A stretch of DNA of 63,790 nucleotides, counting the filler, from Octopus bimaculoides (Eukaryota): NCBI RefSeq assembly GCF_001194135.2. It is 6 parts of 6 records of this genome, joined end to end, with 100 filler letters (N's around TTAATTAATTAA, not from the genome) between each part and the next. Parts side by side here need not be neighbours in the genome. Positions count along the whole stretch, not along the records: positions 14,112 to 32,099 come from NC_068984.1; positions 32,200 to 41,527 come from NC_068996.1; 4 more parts are not named here. One strand, given 5' to 3'. Numbering within the stretch: the stretch's first letter is position 1; each line of letters starts with the position of its first letter. A program made the position numbers and the translations under genes. This document shows positions 25,131-38,899 of this stretch, piece by piece. Below the pieces are notes generated by a model. That model was given only the letters and a program-made list of their open reading frames with translations. It was not told the origin of the DNA and did no database searches.

Positions 25131-27546
25131 ATGCTAACAATGTCTATTTTGTCCCGAAGTTAAGGTTGTTTAAATAGCAACTAAATTACTCTTGTCTGAT
25201 ACTATGTTTAGTTATATAAAAATAAAAAAAAACAAAAAAAAACAAAAAAGCACTGAATCAAGGAATGAAGGTTTGAAATGAGGGGCTTGAGACCTCATAG
25301 GAAAACTGATATGCTACAGGAAGCGTCAAGGGACTGGCTATTCTGGAATATAACACTAAACGAAATAAGGATAAAGAGAGAAGATACTATATGCTATGTT
25401 TCGTTCAATGTATATCAAATCAACTGGGAATTAGATTTATAGAATGAGAATTTGAACCTAGATGTGTTATTGACGAAGTGGAATGGTCGTTGTTTAAACC
25501 TAATTATGCAAGAGCTTTCTCTCTTAATAAGATAATATATAATACAAATAATAAATACGGATATGATATCTAGAATCTCAGTATGAAGCAAATTTTATTG
25601 CTATCTTTGTGAACGGGAGCTACGAAAATGTAGAGAAGACATAAAAAAAAGAAAGAAAAAAGAAACGACAGAAGTATATAATAATTTATGTATGTTATTG
25701 CTTAACATGTTCGTAATCTATATCAATATCCAATAATATGCAAGTTGCAATTCATAATTATGCTGCAGGCCAGGAAATGTAGAACTTACTGCTTTTAAGA
25801 TGTATGTGGCAATGTAGAGTAATAATATTATACCATGTAATTGATTGAATATCGTAAAACTGATTAAAGAATATTTATTATACAACTAGACAACGGCGAG
25901 AGGCGGCAGTGAGTGAGTGAGTGGTAGATTGGCGGAAACGTTTACGGTATTTGTTCTATCTCTTAATACCGTGAGTTCAATTCCTGTTCAGTTGAACTTC
26001 TATCTTTTTATAATTGACACTATGTTATGCATCATTCATGGCTCTACAATTTAAAACTAGAATAAACATGCTAAGAGCATGTTTTCAAAAATATATGAAT
26101 TTTTCAATAATATATGTGGAGCAGGCTCGAATGCATTTTCATAATTTTTGCTTATTTTCTCATTCATTCTGTTAAACATAGAATTTCGACTTCAGACGTA
26201 TGTGTTTATTTATATGTATAGACAGATTCTTACAGCCGTTTTATAGGGAGTGTAGACAGAAGCTGTAGCCATTTCGGTATTTCGATTAGCTGCTGTTGAT
26301 GCTGGTATTGTGTAACCCCAGGTCTGCCCTAATCGAGCATATTCATGATCAAACATTCATATTTTTTCTTGCAGGTAATGGACCTCATTTTCCAGTAAAT
26401 CAATTCATTTTTAGGCTATTTAACCAAAATCTCCTTTTGTAACAAATGTTAGAGATTAATTTCAGGAACTTTGGCTGCTATTTCTTGGTTCCAGTAATAG
26501 CATAGTGGCTTCAACGTTCACTCATATCTGGAGAGGCTTGCCATCGTTGTGTTTGTAGTTTATGTATAACCTTGTTATTACCACGTTTAGCTTTGTTATT
26601 ATTTTGTTACTAATCATTAGATATTGTAATCAGCAGTTATGAGATTTTTCTCTTCTCTTTGGTTTTCTTTTCAAAGACCAACCGACTGTTTGTGCAATTA
26701 CTAATCCATTCCAATTGTCTTTCTCTTTATCATCACTGCTTCTATCTGACTTCTGATATTTTCCCCTCGATTTTGTTTTAATAGATCTGTAGTATTATAT
26801 TTATTTTCCCTAAATTCTCTAATTCCTTTCTTCTTTATTTTTTTCGTAAGTGTTCCCTCCATTTCTGCTAATTCCTTTCATTCTAAAATTACTTTCGCTA
26901 AACACTGATAAACAGCTTGTTATGTTCACAAAAGCGTTGTTCGTTAAAAACCAAAGCAAAACTCTTATTCTCTGCATTTATTCCTTGTAACATTCCATTC
27001 CTTTTTGTTTAACATGGGACCTCTGTGATGTTTTTTTTCTTATGCATGATGTATTTTTTATAGGATCTGTTTCATTTACTCTTCTTTCATCCGTGAGAGC
27101 TGTTTATTGAATTTAGTATGTGGTGTATGTATGGTGGTGGCGGCGGCGGCGGTGGTAGTGGTGTGTGTGTGTGTTTGGTAAGAAGATCTTATTCCATTAA
27201 TCTAGCTTTGTTGGTTTTCTTTCTCCGAGGTTATTGGTTTGTGAGAGTGTTTATTTTCATTATTTTTGATTTCCTTCCAAGTAGGATCCACTTGTTTTCA
27301 TAATGATTGTAACAGCTAAGATATATTAACTGGTTTATCTTAGGTAGAAGATTCCGGATTTTTTCTCCTGATTCTCTGTCCTTTCTTACCTTTCACACAC
27401 ACACACAAGCACACACACACAAACACACAAACATAAACACACACACAAACACACAAACATAAACACACACACACGCACGCACGCACGCAAATATATAAAC
27501 ATATGTGTGTGTGTATACATATATATATACACACACACACATACAA

Positions 27547-27607
<61 letters not shown>

Positions 27608-27963
27608 AACACATAAACATATACATACATTTATATATGTGTATATATATATATATATATATTNNNNNNNNNNNNNNNNNNNNNNNNNNNNNNNNNNNNN
27701 NNNNNNNNNNNNNNNNNNNNNNNNNNNNNNNNNNNNNNNNNNNNNNNNNNNNNNNNNNNNNNNNNNNNNNNNNNNNNNNNNNNNNNNNNNNNNNNNNNNN
27801 NNNNNNNNNNNNNNNNNNNNNNNNNNNNNNNNNNNNNNNNNNNNNNNNNNNNNNNNNNNNNNNNNNNNNNNNNNNNNNNNNNNNNNNNNNNNNNNNNNNN
27901 NNNNNNNNNNNNNNNNNNNNNNNNNNNNNNNNNNNNNNNNNNNNNNNNNNNNNNNNNNNNNNN

Positions 27964-27998
<35 letters not shown>

Positions 27999-28574
27999 TA
28001 TGTACATACATATACATAGTCATACACACACATATTGTTAAGACAAAACCAGCTTTTCTTTCCATTACGTTTTCATTGATAATTTTTATATTCTCTCTAA
28101 CATTTTTTTACTTTTATATTTTTACAAATACCTTATCAATATCTGCTTTGTAGCATCTCTCATCTACCAGTTCTTTTGCATCTTCTGAAGTATTTCTGGC
28201 GTTGATTGCCAAAAACGGTTGTTTCCTTTTGCTTCTGTTTATGATCTTGATTCTGTTATATTTGTTGTTAAATAATACGTTTCTTCTGCTTATGACAAAC
28301 GAACTCAGTGATTATATTTACGCTCTTTGCTTTAGTTATTATTTACGCTTTCTTTTCTCGCTCTCTATTGCCGTGTCTTGCCATAGGGTTCGTACGTTCA
28401 TATATTCTCCAATATACAGTAATTTCTTCGCGTCTGAGAGTATTCGGCATTTTGATTTTATGATCTTTTATTAGGTTCGGCATAAAGCAAGTTAATCCAT
28501 TTTGCGTAGCGCATAATACGCGTGTTGTTTGAAAACACATTCATCACTATGGTTTCTTTCAACTTTCCCGGTGA

Positions 28575-29030
28575 ACGGACTTTTATCTTTTATGTTTTAT
28601 CTGTTTCAGCCATTAGACTGCGGTCATGCTGGGGCACTGTCTTAAAGGATTTTAATCGAATGAATAGGTCCCAGTACTTATATATATTTTAAAAGCCTGA
28701 TACTTATTCTATGAGATTTTTTGCCGAACCGCCAAGTAAACACACACCCACACCGGTTAACAAGTGGTAATGGTGGGACAAACACACACACAAACACACA
28801 CACACATGCACACTCTCACACACACATGCACACTCACACACACACATATATATACATACATATATACACGACGGGATTCTTTCAGTTTCCGTCTATCAAA
28901 TCCACTCACAAGGATTTGGTCGGCCCGGGGCTATAGTAGAAGACACTTGCCCAAGTTGCCACACAGTGGGACTGAACACAGAACCATGTGACTGGGAAGC
29001 AAGCTTCTTACCACACAGCCACTTCTGCGC
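28575..29030 (-). mobile_element. SINE family B
   Basis: Reverse complement of the family-B consensus blocks (gacacttgcccaag, gggactgaac, gcaagcttcttaccacacagccac). Confidence 0.8.
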
Positions 29031-29739
29031 CTATGGGGATAAAAGATTAGTTTTCAGTTTACAGTGGTCCCTATTTGGCTAATTACCAATCCATATTTCC
29101 GTCTTTTTCTTCATCATCTCTCTTCTAGTGTCTTTTTCCACTTAAAAAGAGAAAACTGTAGTTAGTCGTGTGTTTATTTATTATAATCATTGTCTTAATG
29201 AATGTTATATTTGTATTAACCAACTTTTATTTCAGTTGAAATACGTTTGGAACATATTCGACTTGTAAAAATGCCATTTTCACTGTGGTTTGCCATGGAG
29301 ATAAATTCTTCATTTAGTCGAAAGTTATAAAACATCAGAGACATTTCTGAGTACCGTTTGTGGAGCAATATATGTATTTCAAGCTCTTTAAGTTCTCATC
29401 AGCATCAGATACCAAGCGAGACGACTCCGAAATGATGGAAGCTTTCGCTTCCTTATAAGAAATCAAGAGAAAAATTCGAACAAAACCGAATAATTGTGCA
29501 TACAGGTTAACTATATTCATTTCGCTGTTTCAGTTTCTTATCTACTTTTCATTGTTTCCTGTAATTATTGACACTATCTTTCAAAAGCATACTCACTAGT
29601 GATCGCTGCATGCATATATTTGCAAAATTTTGCATATATTATTGGCTCTATCTCGAGAAGTTAAGTTGTACTGTTTGCCGTATATAACAATGCAAAGAGC
29701 ATTGAGGAAATTATAATGGAAGAAATCTTAGAATTTCAA

Positions 29740-30070
29740 TGGAAACAACATCATCATTGCAATTACCACAGAAACAAATTATTTGACTTGGTATTTCTTC
29801 AACAACCATGATATAAGGCCCTGGGAGGACGAACTTGGAATATCTCACCAACTGAAGAAAGCCAAATATCTGATTCTGTTGACGAGACTCTTGCCAAAGG
29901 AAGGCATGCAGCCTTATTCTGCACGGAAGTCGGCTGCCGCGGTTTCCATGCAAGATCAGTGCACTATTTTCCTGAAAAAGATTGGTTTGGAATCGAAACA
30001 ATTGAAGAAAACCAACAAGGAGATGAAATCAGTTCATGTTGATTGTTGCTGGTTGACTAGTGATCACAAA
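29740..30070 (+). mobile_element. HERO/NeSL-like REL-endonuclease LINE C-terminal fragment, frameshifted
   Basis: Joining frames gives PWEDELGISHQLKKAKY / DETLAKGRHAALFCTEVGCRGFHARSVHYF / LKKIGLESKQLKK. The PWE...K..KY and EVGCRGF motifs are typical of the REL domain. Confidence 0.7.
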
Positions 30071-31466
30071 TGAAAATCTTCTGCAAGGAAAGGCTAATTC
30101 ATGCCTCCCTGCATCACTGAGGCGAATCATAAAAATGTAAGATACGAAACGCATGTAGGCTTCAGAAACCTGCAAAAGATACGAAAGTGTTTCCAACACC
30201 ACAATAACTTTAATCACAACCAGGACAAAGCAACACTGATGTTTATTTCATCAAGACAATATTCTACCATGTGAATTTAATAATTTAATAACGATATATA
30301 TATTAACTAGGGTTTTGATTTAATTGCACAAAATATTGCTTGTGTTTACCAGAGGATGTGCGCAGCCAACGTATTGTACATTTATAAAATACATTTTGCA
30401 TTTCATACGTGTTAATATAGGTAATAATGTACATCTAACAGCTCAGGGAAATATTAAAGAAATAACTTGTAGTAAATAATTTAAAAAAATTATTGGATAA
30501 AATTGGTACAATTTAATGGAAAATACATGGCAATTGAATTCAACGACATAACACGAAAGCCCTTTGGCTTCGATCGGTAATATTTTCGCGTGTACGTGTG
30601 TATGCAGACATGCATTTACAGACACATATTATTCGTGTGTGTGTAGGTATGCCTGTGTGTGTGTGTGTGTGTGTGTGTACGTATACATGTATGTATGTAT
30701 GCTTATCAACGAGGAGAATGGAAAGAGAAATTCGTTTTATTATATAATTTTACAATTGTTTCATCAATATTTTATCAGAAAAGTATTGCTATATTATTTT
30801 TATTATATGATATGTGTAACAATGCACTACATCAGTATTATTACACTACATCGGAAAAATATCGACTCATCAGTTTTACGTATGAAATCCATTTGCTGGA
30901 TGAACTAGGATGGGTATATTGTATTCATACTTCATATATCATCTGAAATTCTGTGAAGTTTTTTCAGTGCATTGGATTAACACTCTCCAAAACCTAATAA
31001 ATATCACAAAATCTCCAACTGACTCACAGTGAAGCTATAGTATGCAACACCAGACAACTTCGAATACTACATTCCTAAACTTAATTACAGGAAATTAATC
31101 AGGAAAATAAATATCAACAATAAGTTTAGTAGTAATAAGATTAGTGAAACCAACCAAAGAAAGATCAAATTAGTAGACAATAATCATGACATAAATAGTA
31201 ACAATACTGTTATTGGTGATGAAAAAGTAACGATTCCGAGTGTACCTAAGGAGAGTTGTGGTTATCCTAGAGAATGCTTAGCTAGCGGTACTAATAATGA
31301 TTATAAAATTTCGAATGCAAAAAAAATGGAAATTATAGTATTGATACTCTAGAACTGATTGATTATATTATGAACTAAAAAGAAAATATAAATGGAAATC
31401 GGAATTATAAGAAGAATGACGCTGTAAGTCATACAGATGATTATTACAATAATGATGAGAGTGTTG

Positions 31467-31552
<86 letters not shown>

Positions 31553-31636
31553 NNNNNNNNNNNNNNNNNNNNNNNNNNNNNNNNNNNNNNNNNNNNNNNN
31601 NNNNNNNNNNNNNNNNNNNNNNNNACCACCACCACC

Positions 31637-31723
<87 letters not shown>

Positions 31724-32099
31724 GCAAATCCATATGGTGTGAATTTCAAATTATGCAATCTTTGTTTAAAAGTGACTTTGTGTATATTACTGTCCATAGA
31801 ATGATTAATTAGCAAGTATTCGGAGCTTATTATGAGATATAAGCATATATTTAGAAGCACATTCAGGAAATACAGGAAGAAATTATTCCATTGAGACTGA
31901 TTAAGAGATTTAGAGATCTAAACGGTATTTCAAGAATAAATATTTGGAATAAAATATATGATATGATATACTATACTATACTATACTATACTATACTATG
32001 CTATACTATGCTATACTATACTATACTATACTATGCTATACTATACTATGCTATACTATACTATGCTATACTATACTATACTATACTATACTATACTAT
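31467..32099. repeat. (CTA)n (gap-interrupted) and (CTATA)n/(CTATG)n microsatellites
   Basis: 31467-31722 is (CTA)n/(CCA)n; 31968-32099 is a pentanucleotide array. Confidence 0.9.
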
Positions 32100-32589
32100 N
32101 NNNNNNNNNNNNNNNNNNNNNNNNNNNNNNNNNNNNNNNNNNNTTAATTAATTAANNNNNNNNNNNNNNNNNNNNNNNNNNNNNNNNNNNNNNNNNNNNA
32201 CGAGCAGAATTACAGAGGTAGCATCATAGCCATGTGTCGAGAGGAATTCTTTGGGGGATTGAAATAATTCACCTCTGGTAACATGGGTGCTTTGTTCATC
32301 ATCCTTAAACAATCCTTATTCAAGGACCTTTTGAGCAGGATGGGCTACTCGACCTGGAGAAAATTCTAACTGGGACCCACCTACAAGGTCATGCGCTATT
32401 TATCTTGATATAAGATCACCATATCATGCACATATGGTCGTGATGCATGCATCTGGTATACTCTTATCAGACGGGTAGTCATGATGGGTATACTGGGCTT
32501 TGTATGTTTTACTCCAGTGTCACTTTGATGGCATGCACTGCTCTCTCACTCAATAAAAATAAAATTTCTCCTAGCCAAGAGCCCACTGG

Positions 32590-32660
32590 TGAATGATGAA
32601 GGAGCACAGGTCACTTGTGGATCTGGCTTTATAAAAATTGTACCTGGTGATTGATAAGGG

Positions 32661-32697
<37 letters not shown>

Positions 32698-33450
32698 TCA
32701 AAGAGGATGTTAGTCTTAATGTCTGTCTCCATTACCTTAGAGACATTAGAAGTGAGTATAATTGGCAAGGTCAGAAGGGCTCTCTTTCTTGAAGATGGGA
32801 CACAGTATAGCATGTTTCCAAAGATCCCGAGTAAGCCACTGTAGAGAGAGTAGAGAGATTGAAGAGTCTGGTATGTATAGGGACTAGCTCTGTGTTGCAG
32901 TGTTTGAGGGTAATGGAAGTGTCACCATCATGTGTAGTGGTCTTGTTAACTTGAAGTGACTAAAGGTACTTTTGCACTTGTCACATGTTTATGCAAGATG
33001 ATGGAGCTGGAGGAGTGAAAGGGGATAAAACTGAAGATTTGTCAAGTGTGTGTAGTGTAGAGTTGGTTGTAAAGGAGACAGTGAAGCAGGTGGCTTTCTC
33101 TGTTGTGAATTAGAAGGAAAAAATGGGATTCTGCAAAGGTGGTGAAAATCCTTTTGGTAAGGTACCAAAAGGGTCAGCTACAGTTTGGAAGCTTGGATGA
33201 CTTTGAGAGATGTTCAATGATGCAGTTATCTTTCAAGAATCTGATAGTGGCCTTCTGGATATTGTGTTGCATAAATGCTTCCTAGCTTTTAGGGTAAGTT
33301 TCACCAAACATAGTAGGTTTTGTTTTTAGCCTGAATAGTTCCTGCACAATTATAAATGAACTACTTGGTGGACTTATGGCCTTGGATTTTTTTTATGTGC
33401 ATAGGATGTGGAGGGTCATACCTAGAAGGATAGTTTCAGTGTGCAGTTGG
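32590..33450 (-). mobile_element. Decayed CR1/Jockey-like LINE reverse transcriptase N-terminal region
   Basis: The minus strand reads across frameshifts as ...LKHCNTEL...TRLFNLS...WKHAILCPIFKK...LTSNVSKVME (compare LK.CA.EL...L..LFN.S...WK.A.V.PI.KKGD..NYRPISLTS..SKVME). Confidence 0.6.
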
Positions 33451-35529
33451 AGGAAAATTTCCAGTATTTCAAGCCAAACCCTTTTTCATAGAGTGCCTGA
33501 TCTTGTGCCATGTAAAAAGCACTGCTCACCTTGCCTGTGCTTGTGCCACTGCTGAGTGGTTGGTGTTAGGAATGGCATCCAGCTGTANNNNNNNNNNNNN
33601 NNNNNNNNNNNNNNNNNNNNNNNNNNNNNNNNNNNNNNNNNNNNNNNNNNNNNNNNNNNNNNNNNNNNNNNNNNNNNNNNNNNNNNNNNNNNNNNNNNNN
33701 NNNNNNNNNNNNNNNNNNNNNNNNNNNNNNNNNNNNNNNNNNNNNNNNNNNNNNNNNNNNNNNNNNNNNNNNNNNNNNNNNNNNNNNNNNNNNNNNNNNN
33801 NNNNNNNNNNNNNNNNNNNNNNNNNNNNNNNNNNNNNNNNNNNNNNNNNNNNNNNNNNNNNNNNNNNNNATATATATATATATATACTGGAAATAAAACT
33901 TAGCATTTTCTGCAAATGTGTTGGAGAGAATTGGTGGAGGAAAGAGGGTGTAACCCTTTTAGCATTCAGATTACTCTGTCAAATGTTCTGCTTATTCATT
34001 CACATCATTTTGAATTAATCATGCATTATCTCATAGCTTTGAGATTTATGATGATGTGATTGTAGGATATGTGTGAGTGTCTGGATCTAACTAGTTTGAA
34101 TATAAAACAATTAGAATATTTAAGCCTGATATGACTGGTTTAAATACTAAATGGTTAAAAGAAAGAGCAGTAGTGTTGCTTATAGAGAGTGCCATTTGCT
34201 GGACACTTTTATGGGTGGTCTTTTGGGGTCTGCTGTATAATTGTAAATCTGTAAATTGTGCTCTTGGTGGCACTGATTCTAACTACACTACTGAGGAAGT
34301 GCAATAGGAGCTGAGAACAAGAACGAGAAGGAAGGGTGGATTATACTGAGAAGCAAAATTTTAATTTTTTTCATTTTTGGTCAGTAAGTGTTATTTCCAA
34401 TTTGCATCTGTCTAGAAATTGAATGAAATCACTTCCATTCCCTTCAAACTTTGCTTTTGAGACCTGAACATCAATGTTTGAAATTGACTTGTTTTCCATT
34501 ACATTTCAGACAGATTCAATACTGAGTTGCTGAAGCAGAATTTTCTAGAACTTTTGAGAAGCATCTAAAGGTTTCAAGAATTTCTGAGATGTTCTGGCAA
34601 CATAGATGGCAGTATAAATATTGGGATTGTAAGCTCAACAATTGAGTTTACTTCTAGCTGTCCAAGTTTGAGGAAAGATAAAGTTTGAAGGAAATATTAG
34701 CCATTTTTTATACTTTCTAGGGGTAAGCAAATAGGAAATAATAGTTGTTACCTAAGGACAAAAATCATGTTACACAGTATTATCGGTCTGCTTAAAGCTC
34801 GAAGTTCTTTTGTCTCTCTTCTAGACATCAGTGTTTGGTAAACAAAATGCCAACAAAAATATGCACATTCATGTCTATGCAAGAACACACAGTTCAATAG
34901 TTGAGAATTATGTCGGTAATAATTGTAGGACTGTAAAGTTAACATTATAGCGTCACTGGTTGTGACAGTAATGTTAACAAAGGATGACTTATATAGCAAC
35001 ATTAGCATTTTTATGTTGCAAGCTGTAACTAAGACTGTAGAGTTAACATCACTATGTCACATATTGTGACTGTGAAGTTAACAATACTGTGTAATAAGTG
35101 ACAAGGCTGTTATGTTAACATTACTGTGTCATGTGATGAATGTAACATTGTAAATTTAATATTTCTCTTAAGACCCAAACCAACAACAAGGGATGTAGTC
35201 AATAGTACAAACTAATGAAACAGTTTTTCTCCCTGTTATGGTACTTGTATATGCATAGGTGTTTGTTGGTGTGTGTTGTAATGTTTGTGACCATTATTGT
35301 GTGGTCTAGCTGGCTGTGTGAGTAATAACTGAAGCAGACTCATGAACTTTTAACTTTTAACATATTTATTGATGGAAATTATTTCTTTTGTTGGCTATCC
35401 AGAAAAGAAAAATACAGATAAAATAGATGATAACTGGGAGGAGAGAGCTGCACTGTGTCTTGTTGAAGGTTAACTGTAAAACATCATGTGCTCTACCTAA
35501 GTGCCTAACATGGCTTCTCTGAGTACTTA

Positions 35530-35703
35530 AGGTGGTCTGCCTGAGTATCCAAGGTGGTCTGCCTGAGGTGATCTGCCTGAGGTGATCTGCCTGAGGTGAT
35601 CTGCCTGAGGTGATCTGCCTGAGGTGATCTGCCTGAGGTGATCTGCCTGAGTGCTTGAGGTGGCCTGCCTGAGTGCTTGAGGTGGCCTGCCTGAGTGATG
35701 GTC
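35530..35703. repeat. 14-bp minisatellite ctgcctgaggtgat with variant units, running into a gap
   Basis: At least six near-perfect units at about 35557-35650, flanked by ggtggtctgcctgagt / ggtggcctgcctgagtgcttga variants. Confidence 0.9.
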
Positions 35704-36083
35704 NNNNNNNNNNNNNNNNNNNNNNNNNNNNNNNNNNNNNNNNNNNNNNNNNNNNNNNNNNNNNNNNNNNNNNNNNNNNNNNNNNNNNNNNNNNNNNNNN
35801 NNNNNNNNNNNNNNNNNNNNNNNNNNNNNNNNNNNNNNNNNNNNNNNNNNNNNNNNNNNNNNNNNNNNNNNNNNNNNNNNNNNNNNNNNNNNNNNNNNNN
35901 NNNNNNNNNNNNNNNNNNNNNNNNNNNNNNNNNNNNNNNNNNNNNNNNNNNNNNNNNNNNNNNNNCAGATGAACTGGGCTGTTGAGAGTTAAAAGATGCA
36001 ATATTATATAAGACATAAATATTTGGTTCCTTGGGCCCTTGACCAATATCTTATCAATCGAACCATTTGTGATTTTTAGTTTT

Positions 36084-36372
36084 TGTGGTGTTACATGTGG
36101 TGTTATGGGCTGTGATGAGCTATGTGTTGTTGGTGGAGAGAGATCGCAGATGAAGCAAACAGAAGTGAAGACAGACCGGAAGGGCCAGACCGGAAGTCGG
36201 CCACACGCGGTGGACAGCGAGCACGTGTGGTCAGTTCGAACATAGACGGCTTACATAGAAGACATGTTTTGATCTGGAGCAATCGTTTACCCCGCCACGG
36301 TCGACAAGGTAAAGTCCCAGTGTTTTATTCTCCCTTTTGCTTCTTGTTGTCTTTTTCCTCCATCACACCACA
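36084..36372. mobile_element. Probable solo LTR (289 bp)
   Basis: Starts TGTGGTGT and ends ACACCACA (8-bp terminal inverted repeat, TG...CA). Flanked by a 5-bp direct repeat GTTTT at 36079-36083 and 36373-36377. GC-richer than the flanks, with no internal coding region. Confidence 0.6.
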
Positions 36373-36489
36373 GTTTTACTTCATAATCCATGGGAATTTG
36401 TTTAAGAAACTTTACTATTATTGAACACATCATTGGTATGGTCATAATGATCTAAAGCTTAGGAATAACTAATTAGCATATCATTTATC

Positions 36490-36880
36490 ATTTATCTTTT
36501 ACTTGTTTCAGTCATTAGACTGTGGCCATGATGGGGCACTACCTTGAAGAATTTTAGTTGAACTTACTAACTCCAGTACTTATTATTTTTTGTAAAGCCT
36601 CTTTTGTTGTCTCTTTTGTTGAACTGCTAAGTTGTATGGATGTAAACACACCACCAGAAGTTGTCAAGCAGTGGTATAGGACACACACACACACACACAT
36701 ACACACACACATGCACGTGCATACGATGAGTTTCCATGCAGTTTCTGTCTACCAAATTCTCTCTCAAAGCTTTGGTCAGCCTAAGGCTCTAATGGAAGAC
36801 ACTTGCCAAAAGTGCCACACAGTAGGACTGAACTCAGAACCATCTACTTGAAAAGCCAACTTCTTACCACAAGTACGCAT
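36490..36880 (-). mobile_element. SINE family B
   Basis: tcagtcattagactgtggccatg..gggcac, tttctgtctaccaaatt, gaagacacttgcc and cttcttaccaca blocks. Confidence 0.75.
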
Positions 36881-38239
36881 GTACCTATATGAATAGAACA
36901 CCTCAATTTACACTGCAAACCAGTGAAGAAGTCCCCCCCTCCGCCAATATTAATGAAAATGTTTCCCCTCATCCACTGTATTGAAAGGAAAGCAAAAATA
37001 TGGGTTTATATCCTTATAATTACTCTTTGTTCGTCATGGTATTGGACAAGTTTAACATATTTAAAACCATGTTAATTTCATTAAAACATAGCTTATTTGT
37101 CTGCCCCCTCTTTTCAGTCCTCACGATCCTACACTCATGGGACCTGTTTCCTCTCCTTGAGAACTTCTTTGTGCAGTCATTCGACCTGTTAGAAATAGCA
37201 ACTACGTCTCCTCCCCAAATCACATCCTACAAAACGGTAGGATGCATTGGATAATTTTCGTTAGATATATAGCATGTCTGAATAAAAAAGGAGATTCTCA
37301 CGGCTAGAGTGATGAAGGGGCTGCTTTGGGCTATAAGCAACAACAAAAACAAGAATATCTCTATTTACACATCTTTTTAAAATCTCTCTTTCTTTCTCTC
37401 TCACACATACACCGTCTTTCTCTCTTACGCTCTTTCTCTTTCTCTTCCTCGACAGATCTGTAACTGTAGACTTAACCCTAATCCCAACTTCATAACACAC
37501 ATTACCGACAGTCACTTCGTTACTATGGTATATGCAGTAATCTGCCGATAATTATGTTCAATGTCTATCGTTCTTTCGATTTATGGCCGGTCAGTTCTAG
37601 TTTTTCAAATACCTGATTAAGTAGTTAAGGGCAACAATAAAAAGAGATTTCATGCTTGAAAACCTAATTTCGAATTAATTGTGAACCAGGTATATAACGT
37701 TTAACATTGGATAATTCCCCTAGTAACACTATCAGTGGTATAAGGTATTTAATTCGTATTGCAATACTTAAAAGAGATTAGTGCGTTTAACTATACACTT
37801 CTTTTCAAGATAAATTGTGAGATAATTTCACTTCATGAATAAGAGTTCGTGTTTGTTTACCCCTCTCTGGTGTCAATGTCTCAGGGAGAAGGGGGAAGGG
37901 GAAAAAGGTTGAGAGACAAAGACAAAGATAGAAAGTAGGACAAAGAGTGGTGGAGAGAGAGACAACGTGAGAGAACGTGTAAATGTCAGTTGCAGTTTTC
38001 TGCAGTTGCGTGCCGGTACAAGCATTCTAGTTTCTCATTGTTAAAAACTGACGCCTTTTACGACTCACCCTCTCTCCCACCCTATTTTCTCTCTTTCCCT
38101 CTCTCCCTATTTTCCTCTCTCCTCCCGCTCCCACTCCCTCTGCATGTCGATATATGGCTAAGTATATGAATCTATCATTATGCGTCCACACTATACTCAC
38201 TATGCACCCACATGCATAATACATATTCATTATATATAT

Positions 38240-38592
38240 CTATATCTTTCTACTTGTTTAGTCATTAGACTGAGGTCTTGCTGGGAAACTGCCTTGAAGG
38301 ATTTTTAGTCGAATCAATCGACCCCAGTACTTTTTTTTTGTTAAGCCTGGTACTTATTCTATCAATTTATTTTGCTGAACCGCTAAGTTATGGGGGACAT
38401 AAACACACCAAGTTATGGGGAACATAAACACACTGGTTGTCAGGTGGTGGTAGGGGACAAACACATGCAAAGACACACACACACGATGGGTTTCTTTCAG
38501 TTTCTGTCCACCAAATCTACTCCGAAAGCTCTCTGGTTTACCAGTTCCAGTCAAACTGTCTAACCCATGCCAGCATAGAAAACAGATGCGAA

Positions 38593-38610
<18 letters not shown>
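38240..38610 (-). mobile_element. SINE family B-related 3' portion
   Basis: gtcattagactgagg..gcactgccttgaagg-like block, cgaccccagtact, ctttcagtttctgtccaccaaatc. Confidence 0.65.
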
Positions 38611-38630
<20 letters not shown>

Positions 38631-38899
38631 ATATATATAATATATTTCAAATTTTGGTACAAGGCCAGCAGTTTTGGTGAAGGGGATAAGTCAATTAAAT
38701 CAACCCTGGTGTTCTCAACTGGTACCCTGGAAGGGTAAAGTTGACCTCGGTGGAATTTGAACTCAGAATATAAAGATGGACAAAGCATTTTACCTGGTAT
38801 GCTTACAATTATGCCACCTCACTGCCTTACACATACATACATACATACATATATTTATCAACAATGCACACATGCACATGTATGTATATACATTCCTCC

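Noticed and set aside
35530-35703. Regular repeat array considered as CRISPR-like
   Set aside because: Contiguous 14-bp units with no unique spacers, in a eukaryotic context; it is a minisatellite.
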